A stretch of 64,000 nt of DNA, taken from Macrostomum lignano. Its lineage: Eukaryota. The DNA lies in the NCBI GenBank assembly GCA_002269645.1, contig NIVC01001790.1:46801-110800 (forward strand), read 5' to 3'. A program made the translations under genes and the position numbers. Below the pieces are notes generated by a model. The model saw only the letters and a list, made by a program, of their open reading frames with translations. It searched no databases and was not told the DNA's origin. Positions 11,660 through 32,600 of this stretch are shown here, one piece after another; the first letter of the stretch is position 1; each line of letters opens with the position of its first letter.

Positions 11660-11731
11660 GGGCTCAGCAGGGATTTGAACCCGGGACCACTCGCACCCTA
11701 AGCGAGTATCATACCCCTAGACCACTGAGCC
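11660..11731 (-). tRNA. trnP: tRNA-Pro (AGG)
   Basis: GGCTCAGTGGTCTAGGGGTATGATACTCGCTTAGGGTGCGAGTGGTCCCGGGTTCAAATCCCTGCTGAGCCC: paired acceptor stem, AGG anticodon, TTC T-loop, T6 terminator downstream. One C:U mismatch in the T stem. Confidence 0.9.
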
Positions 11732-12473
11732 ACTATCCAATCGATGCCAAATCATGACATCATAACAGTCCACGCAATGGTCCTTTGCGTATTAGTCGTA
11801 GAATATAACTACTTCAAAAATTTGAGTTAACAAGGCGCCTTGTTTTTTCGAAAGATAAAGAAGTTAGAAACGGGCCAAAAAAGCATATACAATTAGTAGT
11901 ACATGGTTGGTATAATATAAGGGTAAAATAATATTTGGACGGATAGGATTCTTTTAAAAGCGAAAGATTATTACTATATAGCTGTCAAAATCTTTAGATA
12001 AGTTTTTTGTAAATGGAAATATATAGGCGTCCGTGCAATATATAGTTCCCGATAGACGCAAAAATATTAGGTTTGAATTTTAAAATGTTTGTTTTAGTGC
12101 CATTTCTGTGATTAAATTACGTAGCAAGATAAAAGACTTCTAAGCTAAGCCGTAATATAACAAAGAAGATAAGCAATTAAATTCGTGTTTAAAAAACTCA
12201 AAATCATCAAAAACCGCAAAGTAAGCCAAAAAATATTAATCGGTTTTTGTTGCAATGGGGGAACTAACCGGAGCTAATTGTGAAGGTTAGTTATGCTTAT
12301 TGAAAAAAGAACATGGACATTGCTGTGGTTCATTAACATACTGCACATATCAATAGCGTTGATTAAATTAATGTTAGCATTTAAAGTAATATAGAATTTT
12401 ACCATTCAACAGATAAAAAAACAATGGTTATATTTAGTTATTTTAAAGAGAAAAAATCAAGTTTATCTTTTGA

Positions 12474-13622
12474 AGGGCACCGCAACTGCGCCCCCGAGTT
12501 CTTTTTATGGGCACCGCTAATGCCCGCCTGTTCCTTATATGAGCACCGCTGCTCCCCCCAGTTCCTTCGATGAGCACCGCTACTCCCCCAGTATGATGGG
12601 CACCACTACTCGCCCCAGTTCGATCCTTTGATGGGCACCGCTACTCCCCCCAGTTCGATCCTTTGATGGGCAACGCTACTCCCCCCAGTTCGATCCTTTG
12701 ATGGGCACCGCTACTCCCCCCAGTTCGATCCTTTGATGGGCACCGCTACTCCCCCAGTTCACTTGATGGGCACCGCTACTCCCCCCAGTTCGATCCTTTG
12801 ATGGGCAACGCTACTCCCCCCAGTTCGATCCTTTGATGGGCACCGCTACTCCCCCCAGTTCGATCCTTTGATGGGCACCGCTTCTCCCCCAGTTCACTTG
12901 ATGGGCACCGCTACTCCCCCGTTCCTTGATGGGCACCGCTACTCCCCCAGTTCCTTGATGGGCACCGCTACTCCCCCCAGTTCGATCCTTTGATGGGCAC
13001 CGCTACTCCCCCAGTTCACTTGATGGGCACCGCTACTCCACCAGTTCCTTTGATGGATACCGCTACTCCCCCAAGTTTCTTTTAATGGGCACCGCTACTC
13101 CCCCGTTCCTTGATGGGCACCGCTACTCCCCCCAGTTCGATCCTTTGATGGGCACCGCTACTCCCCCCAGTTCGATCCTTTGATGGGCACCGCTACTCCC
13201 CCAGTTCACTTGATGGGCACCGCTACTCCCCCGTTCCTTGATGGGCACCGCTACTCCCCCAGTTCCTTGATGGGCACCGCTACTCCCCCCAGTTCGATCC
13301 TTTGATGGGCACCGCTACTCCCCCAGTTCCTTGATGGGCACCGCTACTCCCCCCAGTTCGATCCTTTGATGGGCACCGCTACTCCCCCAGTTCACTTGAT
13401 GGGCACCGCTACTCCACCAGTTCCTTTGATGGGCACCGCTACTCCACCAGTTCCTTTGATGAGCACCGCTACTCCCCCCAGTTCCTTTGATGGATACCGC
13501 TACTCCCCCTAGTTTCTTTTAATGGGCACCGCTACTCCCCCAGTTCCTTCGATGGATACCGCTACTCCCCCAGTTCCTTTGATGGGCACCGCTACTCCCC
13601 CAGTTCACTTGATGGGCACCGC
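12474..13622. repeat. About 29-35-bp minisatellite (gatgggcaccgctactcccccagttc[gatc]cttt)
   Basis: Many tandem copies with length variants; degenerate at the left edge. Confidence 0.95.
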
Positions 13623-13723
13623 TATCCTCCCTCCCAGTGCGATCCTTTGATAAAAACTTCAAATTCATATCTTGTCTCAAAAAGTCTGCTTATAGTCTGC
13701 TCAAGTCTACAGCAATCTGTAGC

Positions 13724-21376
<7,653 letters not shown>

Positions 21377-21559
21377 TTTCAGTAGTTTTTCTATATGTTT
21401 TGTTACGGATAATCTAATTTTTCAAACAGAGAAAATATTGCACAAATAGTTAGCCGCTAGTCAATGCTAATGAACAGGACTTCTTTGCTAGCTTGTCTGC
21501 GCTTCCCTGCGTCTCCTTTTGACCGATCCCTAGCTGGGCTCAGGTGTGTGCATATTATG

Positions 21560-21573
21560 GTTACCATGGAAAC
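21560..21573. promoter_or_regulatory. RFX X-box about 185 bp upstream of the EML ATG
   Basis: GTTACCATGGAAAC matches the consensus GTHNYYATRRNAAC at all positions. Confidence 0.55.
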
Positions 21574-21899
21574 TTATGGGCGGAGAGATCGAGAGAGAGA
21601 CACACACAGAGGAAGGGAGTGAGGGGTAATTTTCGAGACAGGAAAGGAAGTAGAGAAGTGTGTGATCCCGGGATTCGTTCGTCCATTCCCATTGCTCTGC
21701 ACTGTGGGGATTAGAGAGAGAGGGCTTGGTAGATAAGGGTCTGGTCAGGTGCGCGGGACAGGGATTGGATTGTGTACTCAGGATTGGGTCATTAGTAGGA
21801 CAGAAATACTCTGATTTGAGCGCAGGAACTTTTACCCCCTATAGTGCTCACTGCCTGCTTGCTCCTGTTCACAACGGCCCATCCTGCCCCCTTTTCTGC

Positions 21900-22695
21900 A
21901 TCTAGAGTGCTAGAAATAGAGTATCTAGAGTGCTAGATGTAAAGTATCTAGAGTGCTAGATGTAAAGTATCTAGAGTGCTAAATGTAAAGTATCTAGAGT
22001 GCTAGATGTAAAGTATCTAGAGTGCTAAATGTAAAGTATCTAGAGTGCTAGATGTAAAGTATCTAGAGTGCTAGATGTAAAGTATCTAGAGTGCTAGAAA
22101 TAGAGTATCTAGAGTGCTAGATGTAAAGTATCTAGAGTGCTAAATGTAAAGTATCTAGAGTGCTAGACTTAAAGTATCTAGAGTGCTAAATGTAAAGTAT
22201 CTAGAGTGCTAGATGTAAAGTATCTAGAGTGCTAAATGTAAAGTATCTAGAGTGCTAGATGTAAAGTATCTAGAGTGCTAAATGTAAAGTATCTAGAGTG
22301 CTAGATGTAAAGTATCTAGAGTGCTAGACTTAAAGTATCTAGAGTGCTAGACTTAAGGTATCTAGAGTGCTAGACTTAAAGTATCTAGAGTGCTAAATGT
22401 AAAGTATCTAGAGTGCTAGATGTAAAGTATCTAGAGTGCTAGATGTAAAGTATCTAGAGTGCTAGATGTAAAGTATCTAGAGTGCTTGATGTAAAGTATC
22501 TAGAGTGCTAGATGTAAAGTATCTAGAGTGCTAGATGTAAAGTATCTAGAGTGCTAGACTTAAAGTATCTAGAGTGCTAAATGTAAAGTATCTAGAGTGC
22601 TAGATGTAAAGTATCTAGAGTGCTAGATGTAAAGTATCTAGAGTGCTAGATGTAAAGTATCTAGAGTGCTAGATATAGAGCATCCAGAGTGCTAG
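21900..22695. repeat. Minisatellite (tctagagtgctagatgtaaagta)n
   Basis: Tandem copies. Confidence 0.95.
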
Positions 22696-23094
22696 ATGAT
22701 CTAGAAAAACGTTAAGAATTAGAATCAGATAATTCCCACTGACAAACTACTAAATCAAGAGTTTTATGGAAAACTGTGGTACAAACTGTGGATAGTTGTT
22801 GCCATGCCGTTGCCAAGCGTTAATAATTGAGTGGCCGTCAATTATAGAAGCCCAGTTACGGGCGTACATGTATGAACGGTACAATGCGAATGGGCTGGGT
22901 GACAAGTGGGCAACAGTGCATAACATCTGATAATTAAGGAGGCAATACTTGAGGGGTAATTTAATTTACTCTCAAGTACAAGTACGAGAATCTATGAGCG
23001 TAGATACATAATTTTTTTACGCTTATAGTAAAGAAAGTACTGAGCCAAATTCTGAAAATGGAGGGCTGCAGAGAAAGGGAGCGTCGGAGTTTGG

Positions 23095-23505
23095 GAAGGT
23101 GGAGAGAGGGGGTGGCGGAGAGAGGGTGTGACGGAGAGAGGGGGTGGCAGAGAGAGAGGGTGTGACGGAGAGAGGGGGTGGTGGAGAGAGGGGGTGGCGG
23201 AGAGAGGGTGTGGCGGAGAGAGAGGGTGGCGGAGAGAGGGTGTGGCGGAGAGAGGGGGTGGCGGAGAGAGAGGATGGCCGAGAGAGGGGGTAGCGGAGAG
23301 AGGGGGTGGCGGAGAGTGGGGGTCGCGGAGAGAGGGGGTGGCGGAGAGAGGGGGTAGCGGAGAGAGGGGGTAGCGGAGAGAAGGGGTGGCAGAGAGAGAG
23401 GGTGGCGGAGAGAGAGGGTGGCAGAGAGAGAGGGTGGCGGAGAGAGAGGGTAGCGGAGAGAGGGGGTGGCGGAGAGAGGGTGTGGCAGAGAGAGGAGAGA
23501 AGAGG
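23095..23505. repeat. G-rich purine minisatellite (gagagggggtggcgga-like)
   Basis: Tandem 16-18-bp variants. Confidence 0.9.
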
Positions 23506-23949
23506 AGAGGAATATTGATAAAGAAGAGCATCACGAAGAGAGCAGATGGAGCTGCTGGCCGTAGTGAAACGAAAGTGCGCAATAAGATACAAGCGAGAGA
23601 AAACAGAAAAAGTTAGCACAAAAATGGTAATCTTCAAATTTAGTTTGCAACAAAAGAAATTGACACTTTTGCCTGCATAAAACTGCACTAGTGAATCCTA
23701 TCTGGAAAATTTCTGAATTAATTAGCCTGCCTCCAAGTCTTTAATTGTGTTGCCTTTCGCAAAATTCTCATTAGCAAGTCAATCAACTTTTTAGACAGCG
23801 AACATGAGCCCTCAGGTGACAGGTAACTCAGTGTAGTCAATAACAGTCTGCAGCTTGTAGCAGGATCAAGCTTGTGCCATGGAGTTTCAGAATTCTAACA
23901 ATCTGGGAATGAAAACTGACATACTAAATCTTTTTAGTATTATCTAGTT

Positions 23950-25290
<1,341 letters not shown>

Positions 25291-25449
25291 GTACGGTAGA
25301 GACAGACCATTCCAATGAGAGGCGATGAAGTACTGCAGGAAGGCTACCTTAACAGTTAGTCAGTCCAGACAATAAGTCTAAAGCTCCATGCTTGCACTAT
25401 AAATACCTGTAGGTCCTCTCTCTCGCACTGTGAACTGTTGCTTCCAGAA

Positions 25450-28400
25450 ATGTCACAGCAGCAAAAATCGACCCTTGACCCGCCAGCCGTCGCTTCCGAC
25501 AAGCAAACTCGTCGAAAAGAAAAAGACGAAGTTAAAAAGAAGAGAGCAGCTCTGGTCTTTGTTGAACGCAGATTAGAAGCCCGCGCCGAGCTCAAACTAA
25601 AAATCATTCTGATAGGCAGTAGCGGAGTTGGCAAGAGCAGTTTGTTGAGCAAATTTCTTGAAGAAACTGCCGACATTGGACAGATGCAGCTGACGATTCT
25701 GTGCGACTTCTTTCACTGCATGCTCAGGCTGGGAGGCAGAACCGTGCAGCTCAGGATGTGGGACACTGGCGGAATGGTGACCTTGCTCAACTGTGTCTGG
25801 CATGCTCAACTGTGTCTGGCATGCTCAGCTGTGTCTGGCATGCTCAGCTGTGTCTGGCATGCTCAGCTGTGTCTGGCATGCTCAACTGTGTCTGGCATGC
25901 TCAACTGTGTCTGGCATGCTCAACTGTGTCTGGCATGCTCAACTGTGTCTGGCATGCTCAACTGTGTCTGGCATGCTCAACTGTGTCTGGCATGCTCAAC
26001 TGTGTCTGGCATGCTCAACTGTGTCTGGCATGCTCAACTGTGTCTGGCATGCTCAACTGTGTCTGGCATGCTCAACTGTGTCTGGCATGCTCAGCTGTGT
26101 CTGGCATGCTCAGCTGTGTCTGACATGCTCAACTGTGTCTGGCATGCTCAACTGTGTCTGGCATGCTCAGCTGTGTCTGGCATGCTCAACTGTGTCTGGC
26201 ATGCTCAACTGTGTCTGGCATGCTCAACTGTGTCTGGCATGCTCAGCTGTGTCTGGCATGCTCAACTGTGTCTGGCATGCTCAACTGTGTCTGGCATGCT
26301 CAACTGTGTCTGGCATGCTCAACTGTGTCTGGCATGCTCAACTGTGTCTGACATGCTCAGCTGTGTCTGGCATGCTCAACTGTGTCTGGCATGCTCAACT
26401 GTGTCTGGCATGCTCAACTGTGTCTGGCATGCTCAACTGTGTCTGGCATGCTCAACTGTGTCTGGCATGCTCAACTGTGTCTGGCATGCTCAACTGTGTC
26501 TGGCATGCTCAGCTGTGTCTGGCATGCTCAACTGTGTCTGGCATGCTCAACTGTGTCTGGCATGCTCAACTGTGTCTGGCATGCTCAACTGTGTCTGGCA
26601 TGCTCAACTGTGTCTGGCATGCTCAACTGTGTCTGGCATGCTCAACTGTGTCTGGCATGCTCAACTGTGTCTGACATGCTCAACTGTGTCAGGCATGCTC
26701 AACTGTGTCTGGCATGCTCAGCTGTGTCTGGCATGCTCAGCTGTGTCTGGCATGCTCAGCTGTGTCTGACATGCTCAACTGTGTCTGGCATGCTCAACTG
26801 TGTCTGGCATGCTCAGCTGTGTCTGGCATGCTCAACTGTGTCTGGCATGCTCAACTGTGTCTGGCATGCTCTGAAATGCTCATTTATGTTGGACATGCTA
26901 GAGCAGCTAAACTATCTAAAACGTTAGTTATATCATTCATTTATAAAAATTTCTGACTCGTCATCAACAATCTGACTCATCAATCAACCATCTGACACAT
27001 CAACCAACCATCTGACACATAATCAACCATCTGGCACATCAACCAACCATCTGACACATCAATCAACCATCTGACACATAAATCAACCATCTGGCACATC
27101 AATCAACCATCTGACACATCAACCAACCATCTGACACATCAATCAACCATCTGACACATCAACCAACCATGTGACACATCAACCAACCATCTGGCACATC
27201 AAACCAACCATCTGGCACATCAACCAACCATCTGGCACATCAACCAACCATCTGACACATCAATCAACCATCTGGCACATCAACCAACCATCTGACACAT
27301 CAACCAACCATCTGGCACATCAAACCAACCATCTGACACATCAATCAACCATCTGGCACATCAAATCAACCATCTGACACATCAACCAACCATCTGACAC
27401 ATCAATCAACCATCTGGCACATCAACCAACCATCTGACACATCAATCAACCATCTGGCACATCAATAAACCATCTGTCACATCAATAAACCATCTGACAC
27501 AAGCAATCAACCATCTGACACATCAATAAACCATCCGACACATCAATGAACCATCTGACACATCAATCAACCATCTGACACATCAACCAACCATCTGTCA
27601 CATCAATCAACCATCTGACACATCAATCAACCATCTGACACATCAATAAACCATCTGGCACATCAATCAACCATCTGACACATCAACCAACCATCTGGCA
27701 CATCAATAAACCATCTGTCACATCAATAAACCATCTGACACAAGCAATCAACCATCTGACACATCAATAAACCATCTGACACATCAATCAACCATCTGAC
27801 ACATCAATCAACCATCTGACACATCAACCAACCATCTGGCACATCAATCAACCATCTGTCACATCAATAAACCATCTGACACAAGCAATCAACCATCTGA
27901 CACATCAACCAACCATCTGACACATCAATCAACCATCTGACACATCAACCAACCATCTGACACATCAAACCAACCATCTGACACATCAACCAACCATCTG
28001 ACACATCAATCAACCATCTGACACATCAAACCAACCATCTGACACATCAAACCAACCATCTGACACATCAACCAACCATCTGACACATCAACCAACCATC
28101 TGACACATCAGTCAACCATCTGACACATCAGTCAACCATCTGACACATCAGTCAACCATCTGACACATCAATCAACCATCTGACACATCAGTCAACCATC
28201 TGACACAAGCAATCAATCATCTGATACTTCAATCAAGGCTAATCAATACTCCAGGAGCGTTTCGAAGCAATGAACTTGGCATCGAACTTCTACCGGAACG
28301 CTCACGGCGTCATGCTCGTGTTCTCAGTCACCGATCTCGCTTCGTTCGAATCGCTGCCTCGCTGGTTGGACCGCGCCAGAGCCAGCATCGGCGGCAGTGG

Positions 28401-28758
28401 CGCAACCGGCGAAGGTGGCGAGTTCGAATGCTGCCTGGTTGGCAACAAGGCAGATGAAGAGTACAGGAGGCTGGTGTCTCACAGAGAGGCTCAACGCTAT
28501 GCCAATCAGCTCGGCGTGCCCTACATTGAGACCTCGGCTCTGAACGTGGTCAACGTGCAGAAAGCGTTCGTTGACCTGACACTGGCCATCATGAGAAGCA
28601 GACTGCCGCTTCAAGAAGACCGCTCCCAGACTGCTGCGGTCAAACTCAGACAGCAGAAAGCGCAGCAGCGGCTGCAGTCATCGGCTGAAGCTTTTACTGA
28701 TGAAGCTGAAAGCATTGGTTACAGACGGAGACGGAAGCTGGCCTGCGTGTGCCTCTAA
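25450..28758 (+). CDS. Rab-family small GTPase, atypical, 276 aa, 2 exons
   Basis: Exons 25450-25776 and 28255-28758. G1 GSSGVGKS, G2 TILCDF, G3 WDTGGMERF (formed across the splice), FYRNAHGVMLVFSVTD, G4 GNKAD, G5 ETSAL, C-terminal RRRRKLACVCL. Confidence 0.9.
25785..26870. repeat. 20-bp minisatellite (tgtgtctggcatgctcaac..) in the Rab intron
   Basis: Starts about 10 nt after the donor site. Confidence 0.95.
26970..28230. repeat. 20-21-bp minisatellite (aaccatctgacacatcaatc)n in the Rab intron
   Basis: Ends just before the branch point and acceptor. Confidence 0.95.
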
Positions 28759-28777
28759 GATCTGAAGGGACGATTAA

Positions 28778-29270
<493 letters not shown>

Positions 29271-29677
29271 GTCCATTTCGTAGTCCATCTATCTGTCTAG
29301 CGGTCCATCCATCGTAAAAAGATTGTCCACATGTCTTACTAATAGTAGCATAGTGGCAGAGACATTTCAGAGAGCTCAGAAAGCACTAAATACTGGTAGT
29401 ATATAGTAAAAAGGTCCAACTCTGTACAATACAAGAACACCCAGCCCCGCTTAGAAGTAAATCATTCAAATAAATCACATGAGCAGCACAGCTCAATTCA
29501 AGAAGCCCCCCTTATTCTTCTGTAAAAACTCCCGTCATGAAATAAGGCCATAGCCAGCCAATCGAAGCAGGGCAAGTCCTGAAGCCGTTCATATAAAAAT
29601 TGTCTTTCACTCGGACCCTGGATTAGTCTAAAGAAGAAGCCAAGCAGACAGACACTTACTGGCGGCTAAAAGCAACA

Positions 29678-32600
29678 ATGACAAAAGAATCTGAGAACAA
29701 CAAACCAGCGGCAGGAAAAGCTGAAGATGAAGCTGATATCCAAGCTTCTCCTTCGCCGGTACCTGCCAAGAAGATTGAACTGCGCAAAGAGATCGGGGTA
29801 CTCCAAGGAGTCGGCATCATTGTCGGGTGCATCGTCGGGTCCGGCATCTTCGTATCGCCGAAAGGCATTCTGCAAGAGTCAAAGAGCGTCGGCCTGAGCT
29901 TCATCATGTGGGCTGTTACTGGGATCTTCAGTGCACTGGGAGCCGTGTGCTACGCCGAGCTGGGTACTACTATTCCCAGGTCCGGGGCGAGTACATCTAC
30001 GTACTGCAGGTCATGGGCGCCCTGCCAGCCTTTCTGGTGCTTTGGATCACCTTTGTTGCCATCGGGGCTGTTAGCAACGCCGCCAACTCGCTCCTGTTCG
30101 CCAAGTACTGCCTGTCACCGCTGTTTGTTGGCTGCCCCGTGCCCGAGCTGCTCACCAGGGCCACAGCCTTCCTGTCTGTTGGTGAGTTGCTCCTGTCTGT
30201 CCTTCCTGTCTGTTGGTGAGTTGCTCCTGTCTGTCCTTCCTGTCTGTTGGTGAGTTGCTCCTGTCTGTCCTTCCTGTCTGTTGGTGATTGGCTCCTGTCT
30301 GTTCTTCCTGTCTGTCCTTCCTGTCTGTTGGTGATTGGCTCCTGTCTGTTCTTCCTGTCTGTCCTTCCTGTCTGTTGGTGATTGGCTCCTGTCTGTCCTT
30401 CCTGTCTGTTGGTGAGTGGCTCCTGTCTGTCCTTCCTGTCTGTCCTTCCTGTCTGTCCTTCCTGTCTGTCCTTCCTGTCTGTTGGTGAGTTGCTCCTGTC
30501 TGTCCTTCCTGTCTGTCCCTCCTGTCTGCCCCTTCCATGCCTGTTCTTACCTGTCTTCGTCCCTGTCAGCCTAACTGTCTCTCCTTACCTGTCTCTCCTT
30601 ACCTGTCTCTCCTTACCTGTCTCTCCTTACCTGTCTCTCCTTACCTGTCTCTCCTTACCTGTCTCTCCTTACCTGTCTCTCCTTACCTGTCTCTCCTTAC
30701 CTGTCTCTCCTTACCTGTCTCTCCTTACCTGTCTCTCCTTACCTGTCTCTCCTTACCTCTCTTTTCTCCTTTACAAGGCAGTGGTATTTAAAAGACTGCA
30801 TAAAAAACGGTGCAGTCGCACAAGGAAAAAAACATGAAACACTTCTAGAAGAAACTATAATCTGCAGAATCCCAATGCTTCATCATTAACAGTGTGCGGT
30901 TAAATTAGCTAGCAGCAGGAAACGGTGGTGCAGTCCTGGAAAGCAGTTTTTATCGGCGGTATAAACGGCATTTTCCAAGTTTTTATGGTAGCAGACGTTA
31001 AGTGGATCCAACTATTATATTTACCGGTAAATGTCTCGAATTCCTTGGAAAAATCTTTACTTGCACTCGAATGCGAGCAACTTAGAAACACAGTTGTTGG
31101 GGAACTGATTTTGTAAATCAATAACTGACTTGGTTCCAGCTTCATGGGATATCTTGTGTGGCCTCAGCTGCATCAGAACTCATGGGATATCTTTATGTGG
31201 CCTCAGCTTCATCAGAACTCATGGGATAACTTGTGTGGCCTCAGCTGCATCAGAACTCATGGGATAACTTGTGTGGCCTCAGCTTCATCAGAACTCATGG
31301 GATAACTTGTGTGGCCTCAGCTTCATCTGAACTCATGGGATATCTTGTGTGGCCTCAGCTTCATCTGAACTCATGGGATATCTTGTGTGGCCTCAGCTTC
31401 ATCAGAACTCATGGGATATCTTGTGTGGCCTCAGCTGCATCAGAACTCATGGGATATCTTGTGTGGCCTCAGCTTCATCAGAACTCATGGGATATCTTGT
31501 GTGGCCTCAGCTTCATCTGAACTCATGGGATATCTTGTGTGGCCTCAGCTGCATCAGAACTCATGGGATATCTTGTGTGGCCTCAGCTTCATCAGAACTC
31601 ATGGGATATCTTGTGTGGCCTCAGCTTCATCTGAACTCATGGGATATCTTGTGTGGCCTCAGCTTCATCTTCAGCTTGACATTTGAATTGTTAAAATGTG
31701 GTGATAAAAAAGGAAAAGTTTGAATTCAGTTTTCCAAACCCAGAACTGCGTTCGCCTCGAGCATATTTAAAAGTGGGATAAATGCACGAAGCACGAACCT
31801 ATAGGTCGGATTCCTGCACGCATGCCAGGATATCTCCCCACCCAGCTTGCCTACACGTAGCTTTTCAGCCTTTGTTGCCAAGATGCACCACCCCGAGGGG
31901 GATCTCCTGCAATCAAGCGGGACTATAGCCAACCTTTGAAAACTTTTTCCCAAGAATTGGTAAGCCAGGCAGCGGCCTCTAGGAGAGGAGAAGAAGAGAG
32001 GCGGGGTCAGAGACAGCTGTTGCTGGCAGACCTAATTCTCTCCGCGGCTTCCCACAACCGACCACTTTCCTAATCTGGCAGCGGGAAGGCAATTCATGGC
32101 CAGGGACCGGAAATCCAGGGTTCAAGGCTGGCTCCCAGAGAAAGAAGTGAAGGCCAAGTGGTGACTGTTAGGTTTCTTTTGTCTTCCTCTGGATTCGATT
32201 GAGGTTGCTAAACTGGCTTTCCCAAAGCCAGGAGACTCACAGATCAGGTTACCTCTGAGTTAACTTGTGTTTATTTGGCAGTGCTATCGCCCTCTGCTTT
32301 CAGTTTAAACGCTACCTCTTCTCTTCTCTCCTCTCCTCTCCTCCCCTCTCCTCTCCTCTCCTCTCCTCTCCTCTCCTCTCCTCTCCTCTCCTCTCTTCTC
32401 CTCTCCTCTCCTCTCCTCTCCTCTCCTCTCCTCTCCTCTCCTCTCCTCTCCTCTCCTCTCTTCTCCTCTCCTCTCCTCTCCTCTCCTCTCCTCTCCTCTC
32501 CTCTCTCTCCTCTCCTCTCCTCTCCTCTCCTCTCCTCTCCTCTCCTCTCCTCTCCTCTCCTCTCCTCTCCTCTCCTCTCCTCTCCTCTCCTCTCCTCTCC

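Noticed and set aside
25793-26927. Cys/His-rich CVWHAQLCLAC ORFs (metallothionein- or zinc-finger-like)
   Set aside because: A 20-bp intronic satellite open in all three frames; the Rab splices over it.
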